DNA from: an uncultured Actinomycetes bacterium
Lineage (GTDB): Bacteria > Actinomycetota > Thermoleophilia > Gaiellales > JAICJC01
Direction of reading: 5' to 3'
Assembly: GCA_963731515.1 (NCBI GenBank)
Contig: CAVSVU010000014.1
Span: 547,941-611,940 of the forward strand
Length of the DNA: 64,000 nt
Shown here piece by piece: positions 39,254-49,450 of this stretch. A program made the position numbers and the translations under genes. Each line of letters starts with the position of its first letter. Position 1 is the first letter of the stretch. The notes beneath the pieces are model-generated. The model ran no database searches, had not been told where the DNA came from, and worked only from the letters and a program-made list of their open reading frames with translations.

Positions 39254-39850
39254 ATGGAACTGAACGAGATGCAGCTCGACGGGCTGCGCGAGATCGCGAA
39301 CATCGGCTCGGGGACCGCCGCGACGGCGCTCTCCAGCATGCTCGGCCGAGCGGTCGACCTGAACGTGCCCAAGGCGCTCGCCCTGGAGCTCGCCGACGCG
39401 GTCGACGCGATCGGCACGCCCGACGACGACGTGACAGCCGTGGTGCTGGGCGTGGCCGGCGACCTGGCCGCCACCGTCGTCCTGCTGTTCGAGCCGACGA
39501 GCGCGGACACGATCTGCTCGCTGCTCGGCGTCGACCCGGCCGACTCCGAGATGTCCCTCTCGGCCCTCGGCGAGGTGGGCAACATCCTCGGCAGCTCGTA
39601 CATCGGGGCGATGGCCCAGATGGCCGGCCTCGAGCTCGAGCCCCTGCCGCCGGCCGCGCTCGCCGACATGCTCGGCGCGATCGTCGCGTCGGCGCTCGCC
39701 ACCTCGGCGGTCGAGACCGACTTCGCCCTCCTGCTCGACTCCGAGATGCTGGTCGAGGGCGCCGAGTGCACCTTCGGCGTGCTGTTCGTCCCCAGCGCCG
39801 AGGGCGTCGGGCGGCTCCTGGCCGGGCTCGGCCTGGCGGAGGCCGCATAG
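39254..39850 (+). CDS. cheC: CheY-P phosphatase CheC
   Basis: GAGGAG SD. MELNEMQLDGLREIANIGSGTAATALS and a second LSALGEVGNILGSSY repeat form the duplicated CheC motif. Confidence 0.85.
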   Translation: MELNEMQLDGLREIANIGSGTAATALSSMLGRAVDLNVPKALALELADAVDAIGTPDDDVTAVVLGVAGDLAATVVLLFEPTSADTICSLLGVDPADSEMSLSALGEVGNILGSSYIGAMAQMAGLELEPLPPAALADMLGAIVASALATSAVETDFALLLDSEMLVEGAECTFGVLFVPSAEGVGRLLAGLGLAEAA

Positions 39851-39893
39851 CCATGACGCCGTCCCCGCTGAATCGATGCGCTCGGGAGGAGCG

Positions 39894-40394
39894 ATGGCCG
39901 AGCTGATGGCACGCATGGCCGAGATCGCCGTTTCACGACACGAGGCCGACGTCCTCGTGGCGCTCGGGCTGGGCTCGTGCATCGGCGTCGCGCTGCTCGA
40001 CCGCGCCTCGCTGGCCGCCGGGCTCGCCCACGTCGTCCTGCCGGAGTCGCGCGCGGGCGCGGCGACGCCCGGCAAGTTCGCCGACACGGCCGTCCCCGAG
40101 CTGCTGCGCCAGGTGACCGCGCTCGGCGCCACCGCGTCGCGCCTGCACGCCGTCCTCGTCGGCGGCGCCCAGATGTTCGCGTCCGGCGCCGGCGGCGCGC
40201 TCGACATCGGCCGCCGCAACGAGCAGGCCGTGCGCACCGCCCTCGCGGTCGCCGGCGTCCCGGTCACGACCACGCTGACCGGCGGGACCGCCGGGCGGAC
40301 GATGCGCGTCCACGTCGGCACGGGCCTGGTGACCTGCAAGGCAGGCCGGCAGCAAGGAAGAGACCGATCGCCACCCGCGACGCGGGCCTGCTGA
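39894..40394 (+). CDS. cheD: Chemoreceptor glutamine deamidase CheD
   Basis: GGGAGGAG SD. LGLGSCIGVALLD (catalytic Cys context), AHVVLP, LDIGRRNEQAV. Confidence 0.85.
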   Translation: MAELMARMAEIAVSRHEADVLVALGLGSCIGVALLDRASLAAGLAHVVLPESRAGAATPGKFADTAVPELLRQVTALGATASRLHAVLVGGAQMFASGAGGALDIGRRNEQAVRTALAVAGVPVTTTLTGGTAGRTMRVHVGTGLVTCKAGRQQGRDRSPPATRAC

Positions 40395-40404
40395 GGGCCG
40401 CAGC

Positions 40405-41385
40405 ATGAACGACGTCCTCTCCAACGAGCAGGTCGCGGCGCTGGTCGAGGCCGCGCGCCAGGGCAACGTCCAGCCGGCCGACGAGGCGCCCGCGCACCGG
40501 CGCCGCGCCAAGCGCGTCCGCGACATCGACTTCTCGCGGCCGAACAAGTTCGCGATCGACCAGCTGCGCCGGCTCGAGCGCGCCCACGAGGCCTGCTGCC
40601 GCACCATCGCGTCGCGGCTCTCCACCGAGCTCCTGACGCCGGTCGAGATCGAGATGCTCGAGATCGACCAGCTGACGTGGTCGCTGGCGACGAACCAGAT
40701 CCCGCAGCCGTCCGTGTGCGGCGTGATCGACTGCAACCCGCTCGGCACGCAGGTGCTCCTGACCGCCGAGCTCGGCCTGATGCTGCGCCTGGTCGAGCGC
40801 CTGCTGGGCAGCACCGGCTCGACGAAGACCCGCCCGCGCGACCTGACCGAGATCGAGACCGCCCTCGTGTCGCGCATGTTCGGCGCGCTGCTCGAGCAGC
40901 TCTCGGCGACGTGGGCCGAGCTCGTCGACACGACGATGGAGCTGCGCACGATCGAGTCGCAGCTCGCCAACGTGAACCTGGCCCCGCCGAGCGAGCCGAC
41001 GCTGATGCTGACGATGGAGGTGCGGCTCGACGGCACCTCGTCGACGATCGCGCTCGTCATCCCCCACCGCTCGGTCGAGTCCGTGCTGGGGCGGCTGTCG
41101 GCGAGCCAGTACGGCGACACCGTCATCGAGCCCGGCGCCGTCGAGGCGATGCGGGCGAGCGTGGCCGCCGTGAACGTCGAGATCCGGGCCGAGGTGGCGG
41201 CGACCGACCTGACGCTCGACGAGGTGCTGGCGCTCGCGCCCGGCGACGTGCTGCGCTTCGGCGTGCCGGCCGCCGACGGCGTGCGCCTGTTCGCGGGCCG
41301 CGTGCCCGCCCACCGGGCCCAGCCCGGACGCAACGGCAACAACCGCGCCGTGCAGGTCATCGGCCGGCTGGGGGAGGCGGTATGA
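40405..41385 (+). CDS. fliM: Flagellar motor switch protein FliM
   Basis: N-terminal CheY-P-binding type sequence (LSNEQVAALV). Middle CheC-like domain. C-terminal SpoA-like domain (LAPGDVLRF). Confidence 0.9.
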   Translation: MNDVLSNEQVAALVEAARQGNVQPADEAPAHRRRAKRVRDIDFSRPNKFAIDQLRRLERAHEACCRTIASRLSTELLTPVEIEMLEIDQLTWSLATNQIPQPSVCGVIDCNPLGTQVLLTAELGLMLRLVERLLGSTGSTKTRPRDLTEIETALVSRMFGALLEQLSATWAELVDTTMELRTIESQLANVNLAPPSEPTLMLTMEVRLDGTSSTIALVIPHRSVESVLGRLSASQYGDTVIEPGAVEAMRASVAAVNVEIRAEVAATDLTLDEVLALAPGDVLRFGVPAADGVRLFAGRVPAHRAQPGRNGNNRAVQVIGRLGEAV

Positions 41386-42277
41386 CCACCGAAGAAGCAC
41401 TCATCAAGCTGGCCGACTCGACCGGCGCCGCGATCGCGCAGGTGCTCGAGATCGTGAGCTCGGCGACGATCGAGCGCAGCCCGGTGACGATCGTGCCCTC
41501 GCGGCCAGTCGCCGCTGAGCTCGATCCCGGTGCCCGCGGTCGCGGCCCACGTCTCCTACGTGAACGGCGTCACCGGCGGCAACATCTTCGTGATGACCCG
41601 CCTCGGCGTCCGCCGGCTGGCGGCGGCGATGATGGGCGTGGAGGCGATGGAGATCGTGGACTCCGAGGAGCTCTCCGAGCTCGACCAGTCCGCGGCCGGC
41701 GAGGCGATGAACCAGATGATGGCGGCCGCGGCCGGCGCCACCGTCGGCGGTGCTCGGCCAGGAGGTCGACATCTCCCCGCCGGAGACGCGCTTCTTCGCC
41801 ACTCCGGACGAGGCCGCCGACGCCTACGAGCTGACGCCGCACGTCACCACCGTCGGCTTCACGCTGCTCGGCGAGCCGTGCCGGCTCGTGCAGCTCGTCC
41901 CGAACGCGTTCGTCGTGCGCATGAAGGAGGCGTTCGACGAGCTGGACGCCCAGGCGGCCGCCGACGGCCGCGCCCGCCCCGGGGACGGCGAGCGGATCTC
42001 GTCCGAGTCCGTCCGGGCCGTGCCCGTGCGGGTCTGGGCCGAGCTCGGCCGCACGCAGATGCCCATCGGCCGCGCCGTCGGCCTGGCCACCGGCGCCGTC
42101 GTCGAGCTCGACCGCGCGCCGGACGATCCGGTCGACCTGTTCGTGAACGGGCGGCTGTTCGGCACCGGACGCCTCCTGCTCGTCGACGACGAGTGGGCCG
42201 TTCGCATCGAATCCGTGCTCCCCGTCGCGGGGGCTCATCACTCATCTGAGGAAACACCTGAAGGAGGAACCAACTGA
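41382..42277 (+). pseudogene. fliY: Flagellar switch protein FliY (CheC-like N-terminal domain + FliN/SpoA C-terminal domain), interrupted by two frameshifts
   Basis: ATGA overlap with fliM. There are three frame segments: MTTEEALIKLADSTGAAIAQ..., then ...VAAHVSYVNGVTGGNIFVM...SELDQSAAGEAMNQMM..., then ...VLGQEVDISPP...VWAELGRTQMPIGRAVGLATGAVVELD.... The shifts lie near 41488-41530 and 41744-41752. Confidence 0.8.
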
Positions 42278-42636
42278 TGGCACGCGTGCTGATCGTGGAT
42301 GACGCCGCGTTCATGAGGAAGATGCTCAGCGATGTGCTGGCCAAGGCCGGTCACGAGGTTGTCGGTGAGGGCGCAAACGGCGAGGAGGCCGTCGCCCAGT
42401 ACCAGTCGCTGCGCCCGGACATCATGACGCTGGACATCACCATGCCGGAGAAGGACGGGCTCACCGCGCTGCGGGAGATCCTGTCCATGGAGCCGGCGGC
42501 GAAGGTGGTCATGTGCTCCGCGCTCGGCCAGGAGTCGAAGGTGCTCGAGGCCATCAAGGCCGGCGCCAAGGACTTCGTGGTCAAGCCGTTCCAGCCGGAC
42601 CGCGTGCTCGACGCGATCGGCAAGGCGCTGTCCTAG
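42277..42636 (+). CDS. cheY: Chemotaxis response regulator CheY
   Basis: TGATG overlap with fliY. MARVLIVDDAAFMRKML...IMTLDITMPEKDG...FVVKPF. 119 aa. Confidence 0.9.
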   Translation: MARVLIVDDAAFMRKMLSDVLAKAGHEVVGEGANGEEAVAQYQSLRPDIMTLDITMPEKDGLTALREILSMEPAAKVVMCSALGQESKVLEAIKAGAKDFVVKPFQPDRVLDAIGKALS

Positions 42637-42668
42637 GGCCGCAAGCCGGGGCAACGCCGGGCCGGGCC

Positions 42669-42695
42669 TCAATCGGGAGGACCGGCCGCCGATTA
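42669..42695 (+). promoter_or_regulatory. Sigma-28-type promoter candidate upstream of fliJ
   Basis: TCAA-N15-GCCGATTA in the 98-nt cheY-fliJ spacer. Confidence 0.55.
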
Positions 42696-42734
42696 CCCAG
42701 TGGGGCGCCGGCCGAGCCGGCCCCCGTCCGAGCC

Positions 42735-43190
42735 ATGCAAAAGACGTTCACCTTCAATCTCGAGCCCGTCCGGGCGCTCCGCGAGCAGGCTGAGCAGCAG
42801 GCCAAGGAGCAGCTCGCCCACGAGCTGGCGCTCCAGGTCCGCCGCGAGTCGGCCCTGCGGGACGCAGCCCGTCGCGCTGCCGCCGCACGGCGCGCGCGCA
42901 CGCCCTCCCACGGCTCGCCGATCACGGGGCACGAGCTCCAGGCCCGCGAGGCCTTCGTCACCCGCACCGAGCGCGAGCAGGACGCCGCCCGGCACGAGCT
43001 CGCGGCCTCCGCGCAGCAGGTCGAGTTCAGCCGCGGCCGCCTGGTCGAGGCCGGCCGCGAGCGCGAGGTGCTCGAGCGGCTGAAGCGCCGGCGCGAGTCT
43101 GAGCACAACCGCGAGAACGCCCGCCGCGAGGAGCAGTCGCTGGCCGAGATCGCGCTCACCACCCACCTTCGCAACCGGAGCGCCGCGTGA
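42735..43190 (+). CDS. fliJ: Flagellar export protein FliJ
   Basis: 151-aa coiled-coil protein. [24 protein letters not shown] start is typical of FliJ. Arg/Glu-rich heptads. Confidence 0.75.
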   Translation: MQKTFTFNLEPVRALREQAEQQAKEQLAHELALQVRRESALRDAARRAAAARRARTPSHGSPITGHELQAREAFVTRTEREQDAARHELAASAQQVEFSRGRLVEAGREREVLERLKRRRESEHNRENARREEQSLAEIALTTHLRNRSAA

Positions 43191-43780
43191 GCCTCGACGC
43201 CGCCATCGGCCGCATCGACCAGGTGCTCTCCCTGCAGGCCGCGCTGGCGCCGCCTGCCGCCGCGTCGTTCGGCTCCCCGCCGGCGTCCGCGAGCTTCTCC
43301 CAGATGCTGAGCGCGCAGACGTCCACGGCCTCGCTCGGCTCGGGCGCTCCGGCCGCCGCCGCGCCGTACGCCGCCGACATCACGGCCGCCGCGCGCAAGT
43401 ACGACGTCGACCCCGCCCTGATCGAGGCCGTCATCCAGCAGGAGTCCGGCTTCAACCCGAACGCGCAGAGCCCGGCGGGCGCCGGCGGGCTGATGCAGCT
43501 CATGCCGGCGACGGCCCGCGGACTGGGCGTGACGAACGTCTACGACCCGGCGCAGTCGATCGACGCGGGCACGCACTACCTGCGCGACCAGCTCGACCGG
43601 TTCAACGGCGACCCCCGCCTCGCCCTGGCCGCGTACAACGCCGGCCCCGGTGCGGTCGCCTCCTACGGCGGCGTCCCGCCGTACCCGGAGACGCAGAACT
43701 ACGTCTCCGACGTCCTCGCGAACTACGCCCGCTACTCGGGCGGATCCATCCCGACCACCCCGACAGGAAGCGCCACATGA
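43187..43780 (+). CDS. Lytic transglycosylase (SLT domain) in the flagellar operon
   Basis: GTGA overlap with fli[32 protein letters not shown] and [10 protein letters not shown] are SLT-domain signatures. Confidence 0.85.
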   Translation: MSLDAAIGRIDQVLSLQAALAPPAAASFGSPPASASFSQMLSAQTSTASLGSGAPAAAAPYAADITAAARKYDVDPALIEAVIQQESGFNPNAQSPAGAGGLMQLMPATARGLGVTNVYDPAQSIDAGTHYLRDQLDRFNGDPRLALAAYNAGPGAVASYGGVPPYPETQNYVSDVLANYARYSGGSIPTTPTGSAT

Positions 43781-45142
43781 ACGATCCCGTGAACGCCGTC
43801 GCGGCCACCGCCGCACCGGCGCCGGCGCCGCCCAAACGCGGCGACGACCCGCCGGCCGACGCCTTCGAGACGGCGCTCGGATCGGCCGCGGCGACAGAAT
43901 CGCCGCCGCCCGGCACAACCGCCACCAAGGCCCGGACCGCAGATGCGGAGGGCACGAAGGCCGAAGGCGACTCCTCCGGCCTCACCGACACCGACAAGGG
44001 CACCGGCCCCGGCACGCCCGCCGCTTCCGACGGATCGGCTCCGGCCGCCGCGGTGCTGTCGCAGCTGGCCGCGCTCGCGGCCGCGCCTGGGCCGGCTCCG
44101 GCCGCCCAGCCCGCGCCGCCCGCCACCGGGAAGGCCGCACCTGCGACGCCGCAGGCACCGGCCGTGCCCGCCGCGCCCGCCGCGCCCGCCCCGGAGGCAA
44201 ACGCCGTCCAGGCGGCCGGTCAGCCGCAGCCCGCTCCCCGGCCCGGGGACGCGGCCCAGGCAGCGCCGGCCGGCTCCGCCGCTCCCGCCGTCGTCACGGC
44301 CGCGGCCGCTCCGGCCGCCGGCACCTGCCGCCGCGGCCAAGGCCGCTCCGGCGAGCCGCTCGGCCCGCCCCGCCGCCACACCGGCGCCGGCGGCAGCTGG
44401 CGGCACAACGACCACGGCCACCCGCACGCCGGCCGCCGCGAGCACCGGTCATACGGGCACCGGCACCGGCCACGGCCGCCCGGGCGGGCAGGGGACGCCG
44501 GCACAGCCGGCCGCCGCCACCGCACCCGAGGCTCCGGCCGCGCCGCAGGGCGCTCCGGCCGGCGGATCGCCCGCGGCCGACCAGCCCGCCGCCGGAACGG
44601 CGGCGCCCGCCGCCGGCGGCACGAACGTCGCCCCCGCGGCGGCGCCGGCCCAGGCTCCGGCCCAGCCGGCCGCCCGGCCCGACGCCGCTCCGGCGGCGAT
44701 CACGGCGCGGGCGCGCATGCAGGACATCGCCGACGTCACCGGCGCCACCATGCGGGTCGCCGTGCGCTCGGGCCAGCCCGTCGCCCGGATCACCCTGCAC
44801 CCCGAGAACCTCGGCGACGTGCAGGTCACGATGCGCTACCACCAGGACGGCGTCTCGGCGGTCGTCACGACGTCGAACCACGCGGCGGCCCAGGAGCTGA
44901 TCCAGGCCGGCGCCGACCTGCGCCGATCCCTCGAGTCCCAGGGCGTCACCGTCCACGGGCTCGACGTCCACCTCTCCGGGGACTCCCGCGGGGAGAACGC
45001 CAACGGCGAGCGCGCCGCAGACATGGCGCGCGCAATGGGGCCGAGCGGTGACGGCAGCGATGCCGACGCCGACGAGGCCGAGATCACGATCCAGCCGTCG
45101 CAGCTGCCCCTCTCCGGGTCGCAGATCGACGTCTTCGCATAG
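43777..45142 (+). pseudogene. fliK: Flagellar hook-length control protein FliK, interrupted by one frameshift
   Basis: ATGA overlap with slt. The long Ala/Pro-rich N-terminal part is in one frame. From about 44320-44335 the sequence continues in the next frame to the Flg_hook domain (RITLHPENLGDVQVTMRYHQDGVSAVVTTSNHAAAQEL). Confidence 0.75.
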
Positions 45143-45152
45143 GAGGAGGCAC

Positions 45153-45542
45153 ATGAGTTCCGTTCCCCCCACCACCGGCGCGACCGGCGCGACGTCCTCG
45201 TCGTCCGTGTCGAACCCCGCCGCGATCCTGGGCCAGGACGGGTTCCTGCAGCTGCTCGTCGCAGAGATGCAGAACCAGGACCCGCTGAGCTCGTCCCAGG
45301 ACCCCACCCAGAGCGTGACGCAGATGGCCCAGTTCTCCTCGGTGGAGCAGCTGACCAACCTCGTCCAGAGCTCGCAGCAGGCCCAGAGCATCTCGCTCAT
45401 CGGCCACACGGTCGCCTACACCGACTCGGACGGCAACGCCGGCTCCGGCGTCGTGGACGCGGTCACCTTCAACTCGGGCTCGCCGGTCATCGACGTGAGC
45501 GGCGTTGCCATCGATCCCAGCCAGATCGTGGGCGTGTCGTAA
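45153..45542 (+). CDS. flgD: Flagellar hook capping/assembly protein FlgD
   Basis: AGGAGGAGG SD. LGQDGFLQLLVAEMQNQDPLSSSQDPTQSVTQMAQFSSVEQL is the FlgD signature. Confidence 0.9.
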   Translation: MSSVPPTTGATGATSSSSVSNPAAILGQDGFLQLLVAEMQNQDPLSSSQDPTQSVTQMAQFSSVEQLTNLVQSSQQAQSISLIGHTVAYTDSDGNAGSGVVDAVTFNSGSPVIDVSGVAIDPSQIVGVS

Positions 45543-45545
45543 CCC

Positions 45546-45950
45546 ATGTCCGCAGATCCCATCCGCATCAATCCGGCCACGACGCCTCCCGGCGTCACCG
45601 GCGCTACGCCGCCCCCGGCGGCCGCGCCCCGGCCTGCCGTGGATGGGCCGGGCTTCGACCAGCTCCTCAACCAGAGGCTCGCGGCGACGGACACGAAGCC
45701 GTTGCGCCTCAGCGGACACGCGATGGAGCGGCTGCAGCAGCGGGGCATCCCCGTCGACGCGGCCACCATGGCACGGCTCAGCGAGGGCGTCTCCAAGGCA
45801 GCGGCCAAGGGGTCGCGTGACGCACTCGTCCTCGTCGACTCCACGGCCTTCGTGGTCTCGGTGGCAAACCGCACCGTGATCACCGCCGTCGGCGCCGACA
45901 ACATGCGCGACCGCGTCTTCACCAACATCGACAGCGCGGTCATCAACTAA
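45546..45950 (+). CDS. Flagellar operon protein of the TIGR02530-like family (found between flgD and flgE in Firmicutes)
   Basis: LSGHAMERLQQRGI...SRDALVLVDSTAFVVSVANRTVITAV...RVFTNIDSAVI matches my memory of that family. Position between flgD and flgE. Confidence 0.6.
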   Translation: MSADPIRINPATTPPGVTGATPPPAAAPRPAVDGPGFDQLLNQRLAATDTKPLRLSGHAMERLQQRGIPVDAATMARLSEGVSKAAAKGSRDALVLVDSTAFVVSVANRTVITAVGADNMRDRVFTNIDSAVIN

Positions 45951-46025
45951 CCAGCAAACCACCGGAACGGGCCAACCAGCCGGACCCCTCGGGGAAGCGG
46001 TCGGCCAGAGAGGAAACCGATCACC

Positions 46026-46877
46026 ATGATGCGAGGAATGTTCGCCGCCATCAGCGGCCTTGCCGTCCACCAGAACATGCTTGACGTCACCGCGAACAAC
46101 ATCGCCAACGTCAACACCATCGGCTACAAGTCCGAGCGGACGAGCTTCGAGGACGCGCTGTCCCAGCTCCAGAAGGGCTCGAGCGCCCCGACCGCCACGT
46201 CCGGCGGCACCGACGCCGAGCAGATCGGCCTGGGCGTCCGCCTCGGCAGCATCAACAACGTGATGACCGCCGGCGCGGTGCAGACGACGGGCAACCCCTA
46301 CGACGTCGCCATCCAGGGCGACGGGTTCTTCCGCGTCGTCGCCGACCCGACCACCCTGGGCGCCAACCCGACGTACATGTACACGCGGGCGGGCAACTTC
46401 ACCACGGACGCCAACGGCGACCTGGTGACGAACGACGGCGACTACGTCGTCGGCTTCAAGTTCGACACCAACGGCAACCCGCTCACGGGCGCCGCCAACG
46501 AGACCAAGATCACGATCCCGGCCGGTTCGCAGTCCGTCACGATCGCCCAGAACGGCACCGTGTCGGTCACCGACTCCACGGGCGCCGTCACCAAGGTGGC
46601 CGTGATCTCGCTGGGCACGTTCCCGAACAACGCCGGCCTCGAGCGCGTGGGCGGCAACAACTGGGTCGCCACGAACAACTCCGGCGCCGAGACGGCGAAC
46701 ATCGCCGGCACCAACGGCCTCGGCACGCTCACCCCGGGCGCGATCGAGATGTCGAACGTGAACCTCGCCCAGGAGTTCACCAACATGATCACGGCCGAGC
46801 GCGGCTTCCAGGCCAACAGCCGTGTCATCTCCACCGCCGACGAGATGCTCCAGGAGCTCGTCAACCTGAAGCACTAG
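46026..46877 (+). CDS. flgE: Flagellar hook protein FlgE (short, Bacillus-type)
   Basis: 283 aa. FAAISGLAVHQNMLDVTANNIANVNTIGYK N-terminus. DVAIQGDGFFRV. C-terminal EMSNVNLAQEFTNMITAERGFQANSRVI. Follows flgD. Confidence 0.85.
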   Translation: MMRGMFAAISGLAVHQNMLDVTANNIANVNTIGYKSERTSFEDALSQLQKGSSAPTATSGGTDAEQIGLGVRLGSINNVMTAGAVQTTGNPYDVAIQGDGFFRVVADPTTLGANPTYMYTRAGNFTTDANGDLVTNDGDYVVGFKFDTNGNPLTGAANETKITIPAGSQSVTIAQNGTVSVTDSTGAVTKVAVISLGTFPNNAGLERVGGNNWVATNNSGAETANIAGTNGLGTLTPGAIEMSNVNLAQEFTNMITAERGFQANSRVISTADEMLQELVNLKH

Positions 46878-46887
46878 CTCGGCGTTA

Positions 46888-46927
46888 GGCGGGGCCGGCG
46901 CCTGACGCGCCGGCCCCGCCATCGGTT
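46888..46927 (+). terminator. Strong hairpin after flgE (intrinsic terminator or attenuator candidate)
   Basis: Perfect 14-bp stem GGCGGGGCCGGCGC / GCGCCGGCCCCGCC (46888-46901 and 46907-46920) with a 5-nt loop, followed by ATCGGTTTC. Confidence 0.6.
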
Positions 46928-46965
46928 TCACCCCCGCAGCACCCCCGACCCCGAAAGGACCCGGC

Positions 46966-47250
46966 GTGATCGCCGTCCATCGCATCACCCAGCCCGACCA
47001 CGAGCTCTACGTGAACCCGGACCTGATCCAGGTCATCGAGGCGAACCCGGACACCGTGATCGTGCTCGCGAACGGCACCCGGTTCGTGGTCTCCGAGACC
47101 GCCACCGAGGTGGCGGAGCTCGTGCGGCAATGGCGGGCCTCCATCGTGTCCGCCGTCGAGCATCCCAGCCCCGCCGTCGCCCACCGGGCCGGCTTCGGCC
47201 GCCTCGCCGCCGTGGTCGAGATGCCCCGCGACACCGGCTCCGCAGACTGA
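46966..47250 (+). CDS. flbD: Flagellar protein FlbD
   Basis: GTG start. IAVHRITQPDHELYVNPDLIQVIEANPDTVIVLANGTRFVVSETATEV is the FlbD family signature. Confidence 0.8.
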   Translation: MIAVHRITQPDHELYVNPDLIQVIEANPDTVIVLANGTRFVVSETATEVAELVRQWRASIVSAVEHPSPAVAHRAGFGRLAAVVEMPRDTGSAD

Positions 47251-47274
47251 ATCTCGAGCCATGCGGGCCGATTA
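47248..47274 (+). promoter_or_regulatory. Sigma-28-type promoter candidate upstream of motA
   Basis: TGAA-N15-GCCGATTA. The -35 overlaps the flbD stop. An 8-bp hairpin (ACGCGGCC/GGCCGCGT) follows in the leader. Confidence 0.55.
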
Positions 47275-47337
47275 TCTGCAAGGAAACGCAACACGCGGCC
47301 ACGGACGGCCGCGTTCGCCCCGAAGGAACGGAACGAC

Positions 47338-48144
47338 ATGAAGGCAATCACCGCAATCGGCATCGCGTGCGCATTCGGCGCGCTCTTCGTGTCTGCCATC
47401 CTCGAGGGCACGAACCCGGTCGCCTTCCTCAACATCCCGGCGCTCATCCTGATCACCGGCGGCACCGCCGGGGCGACGATGGCGTCCACGAACTTTCGCG
47501 CGTTCATGACCGCGCCGAAGGCGGCGATCATGTCGTTCAAGGGCTCCGCGATCGACTCCGCGGGCTCGATCGGCCTCATGGTCGAGCTGTCCGAGAAGGC
47601 GCGCCGCAACGGCCTGCTGGCCCTCGAGGAGGACGTCGCCAAGATCGACGACGCCTACACCCGCAAGGGCCTCCAGCTCGTCGTCGACGGCACCGACTCC
47701 GACCTCGTCGCCGCCATCCTCGAGGCGGAGGTCGACGGCCTCGCCGCCCGCCACCAGCAGGTGGCCGGGCTGTTCGCGACGGCGGGCGGCTTCGCCCCGA
47801 CGGTCGGCATCATCGGCACCGTCATGGGCCTGATCCACGTGCTGGAGAACCTGGCCGCGCCGTCCACCCTCGGCCCCGCCATCTCGGGCGCGTTCATCGC
47901 CACCCTCTACGGCGTCTCGAGCGCGAACCTGATGTTCCTGCCGATCGGCAACAAGCTCAAGGAGATGTCGTCCGTCGAGATCAACCACCGCATGATGATC
48001 CTCGACGCCATCCTGTCGATCCAGGCCGGCGACAACCCGCGCGTCCTGTCCGAGAAGCTCGAGGCGTTCGTCGCCCCGTCCGACCGCGGCAAGGCCACCG
48101 GTGAGGGCGGCTCGGCCTCGGCGGAGCTGCGGGAGGCGGCGTGA
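47338..48144 (+). CDS. motA: Flagellar stator protein MotA
   Basis: 268 aa, four TM. GGFAPTVGIIGTVMGLIHVL and SGAFIATLYGV are the MotA/TolQ/ExbB channel motifs. Confidence 0.9.
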   Translation: MKAITAIGIACAFGALFVSAILEGTNPVAFLNIPALILITGGTAGATMASTNFRAFMTAPKAAIMSFKGSAIDSAGSIGLMVELSEKARRNGLLALEEDVAKIDDAYTRKGLQLVVDGTDSDLVAAILEAEVDGLAARHQQVAGLFATAGGFAPTVGIIGTVMGLIHVLENLAAPSTLGPAISGAFIATLYGVSSANLMFLPIGNKLKEMSSVEINHRMMILDAILSIQAGDNPRVLSEKLEAFVAPSDRGKATGEGGSASAELREAA

Positions 48145-49016
48145 GCGGCGGGCACGCACGCGGCCGCCGCAGGCGCGCCGGGCACGGGCACGGCGGCGGC
48201 GGCCATGACGGCGGCGACGAGCGCTGGCTCCTGACCTACGCCGACATGATCACGCTGCTCATGGCGCTCTTCATGGTGCTGTTCTCGATCTCGTCGGTGA
48301 ACATCTCCAAGTACCAGGTGCTCCAGCACGCCCTGCAGAAGGCGTTCATCGGCGGCGTCCTGGACGGCGGCAAGGGCGTCCAGCAGGGCAACCCGACCCG
48401 GATCTCGGGCGTCCAGACCGCGACGCCGAGCGGCTCGGTGGACTCGAGCTTCAACATCTTCACGCACACGCTGATCGGCTCGAAGACCAACCCGGCGGCG
48501 AAGGCCAAGGCCGCCGCCAAGGAGCAGAACACCCTGCTCGAGGTCCAGCGCAAGGTCGAGGACTACGCCCAGAAGCACGGCTTCGCGGCTGACATCTCGA
48601 CCTCGATCGACCAGCGCGGCCTCGTGATCCGCCTGCTGACGAACAACCTCGTCTTCGACAGCGGCGAGGCGACGCTCAAGGCGACCGCCTCCCCGCTCCT
48701 CAGCCGCGTCGCGCACCTGATCGTGTCGATGCAGATGCAGAACCCGATCAGCATCGAGGGCAACACCGACGACGTCCCGATCTCGGGCGGCGAGTTCCCG
48801 AGCAACTGGGAGCTCTCCACCTCCCGCGCCACCGCGGTGCTCGAGTTCCTGATCCACCACGGCGTCGCCCAGCAGCACCTCGCCGCCGTCGGCTTCGCCG
48901 ACCAGAACCCCGTCGCCCCCAACACCACGCCCCAGGGCCGGTCGCTCAACCGGCGCGTCGACATCGTGGTGATCCGCTCCAACGCCACCCAGTCCTCCGG
49001 AGGAACGACCCCGTGA
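48141..49016 (+). CDS. motB: Flagellar stator protein MotB (OmpA-like C-terminal domain)
   Basis: GTGA overlap with motA. WLLTYADMITLLMALFMVLF contains the conserved plug/Asp TM. C-terminal NWELSTSRATAV...GRSLNRRVDIVV is the OmpA-like PG-binding domain. Confidence 0.9.
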   Translation: MSGGHARGRRRRAGHGHGGGGHDGGDERWLLTYADMITLLMALFMVLFSISSVNISKYQVLQHALQKAFIGGVLDGGKGVQQGNPTRISGVQTATPSGSVDSSFNIFTHTLIGSKTNPAAKAKAAAKEQNTLLEVQRKVEDYAQKHGFAADISTSIDQRGLVIRLLTNNLVFDSGEATLKATASPLLSRVAHLIVSMQMQNPISIEGNTDDVPISGGEFPSNWELSTSRATAVLEFLIHHGVAQQHLAAVGFADQNPVAPNTTPQGRSLNRRVDIVVIRSNATQSSGGTTP

Positions 49017-49441
49017 AAGGCAAGCTCAAGATCATCCTGCCCGTGCTCCTGCTGCTCGCCGTCGGCGGTGGCGGGGCCTACTTCTTCGTCCTCGCCCCCA
49101 AGCCCGCGAAGGCGGCGCCGCCCAGGGTGGTCGGAACGCTCTTCCCGCTCTCGCCCGAGTTCGTCGTCAACCTGAACGGCGAGCACTACGGCAAGGTCTC
49201 GATCGCCCTGCTGCTGACCGCCGGCGCCCCCGCGGCGTCCACGGACGGCACGGCGGCGACGCTGCCCGAGGACGCGGTCGTTCGCGCGATCGTGACGAAC
49301 GACCTCACGGGGCTGCCGTCGAGCGACCTGATCGACCGCCCGAGGCGCAACGCGATCGAGAAGAAGATCCTCACGGATCTGCAGAAGAAGACCGATGTTA
49401 AGGTCTCCGAGGTGCTGTTCACCGACGTCGTCGTCCAGTAG
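49013..49441 (+). CDS. fliL: Flagellar basal-body-associated protein FliL
   Basis: GTGA overlap with motB. Single N-terminal TM (IILPVLLLLAVGGGGAYFFVL). FVVNLNGEHYGKVSIALLL and VLFTDVVVQ are typical of FliL. Confidence 0.8.
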   Translation: MKGKLKIILPVLLLLAVGGGGAYFFVLAPKPAKAAPPRVVGTLFPLSPEFVVNLNGEHYGKVSIALLLTAGAPAASTDGTAATLPEDAVVRAIVTNDLTGLPSSDLIDRPRRNAIEKKILTDLQKKTDVKVSEVLFTDVVVQ

Positions 49442-49450
49442 GGAATCACC

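Noticed and set aside
43850-44700. A highly repetitive Ala/Pro-rich stretch that might be a tandem repeat or a foreign insertion.
   Set aside because: It is the low-complexity linker region of FliK (the hook-length ruler), which is typically Pro/Ala/Gln-rich. I could not trace a clean nucleotide-level tandem unit.
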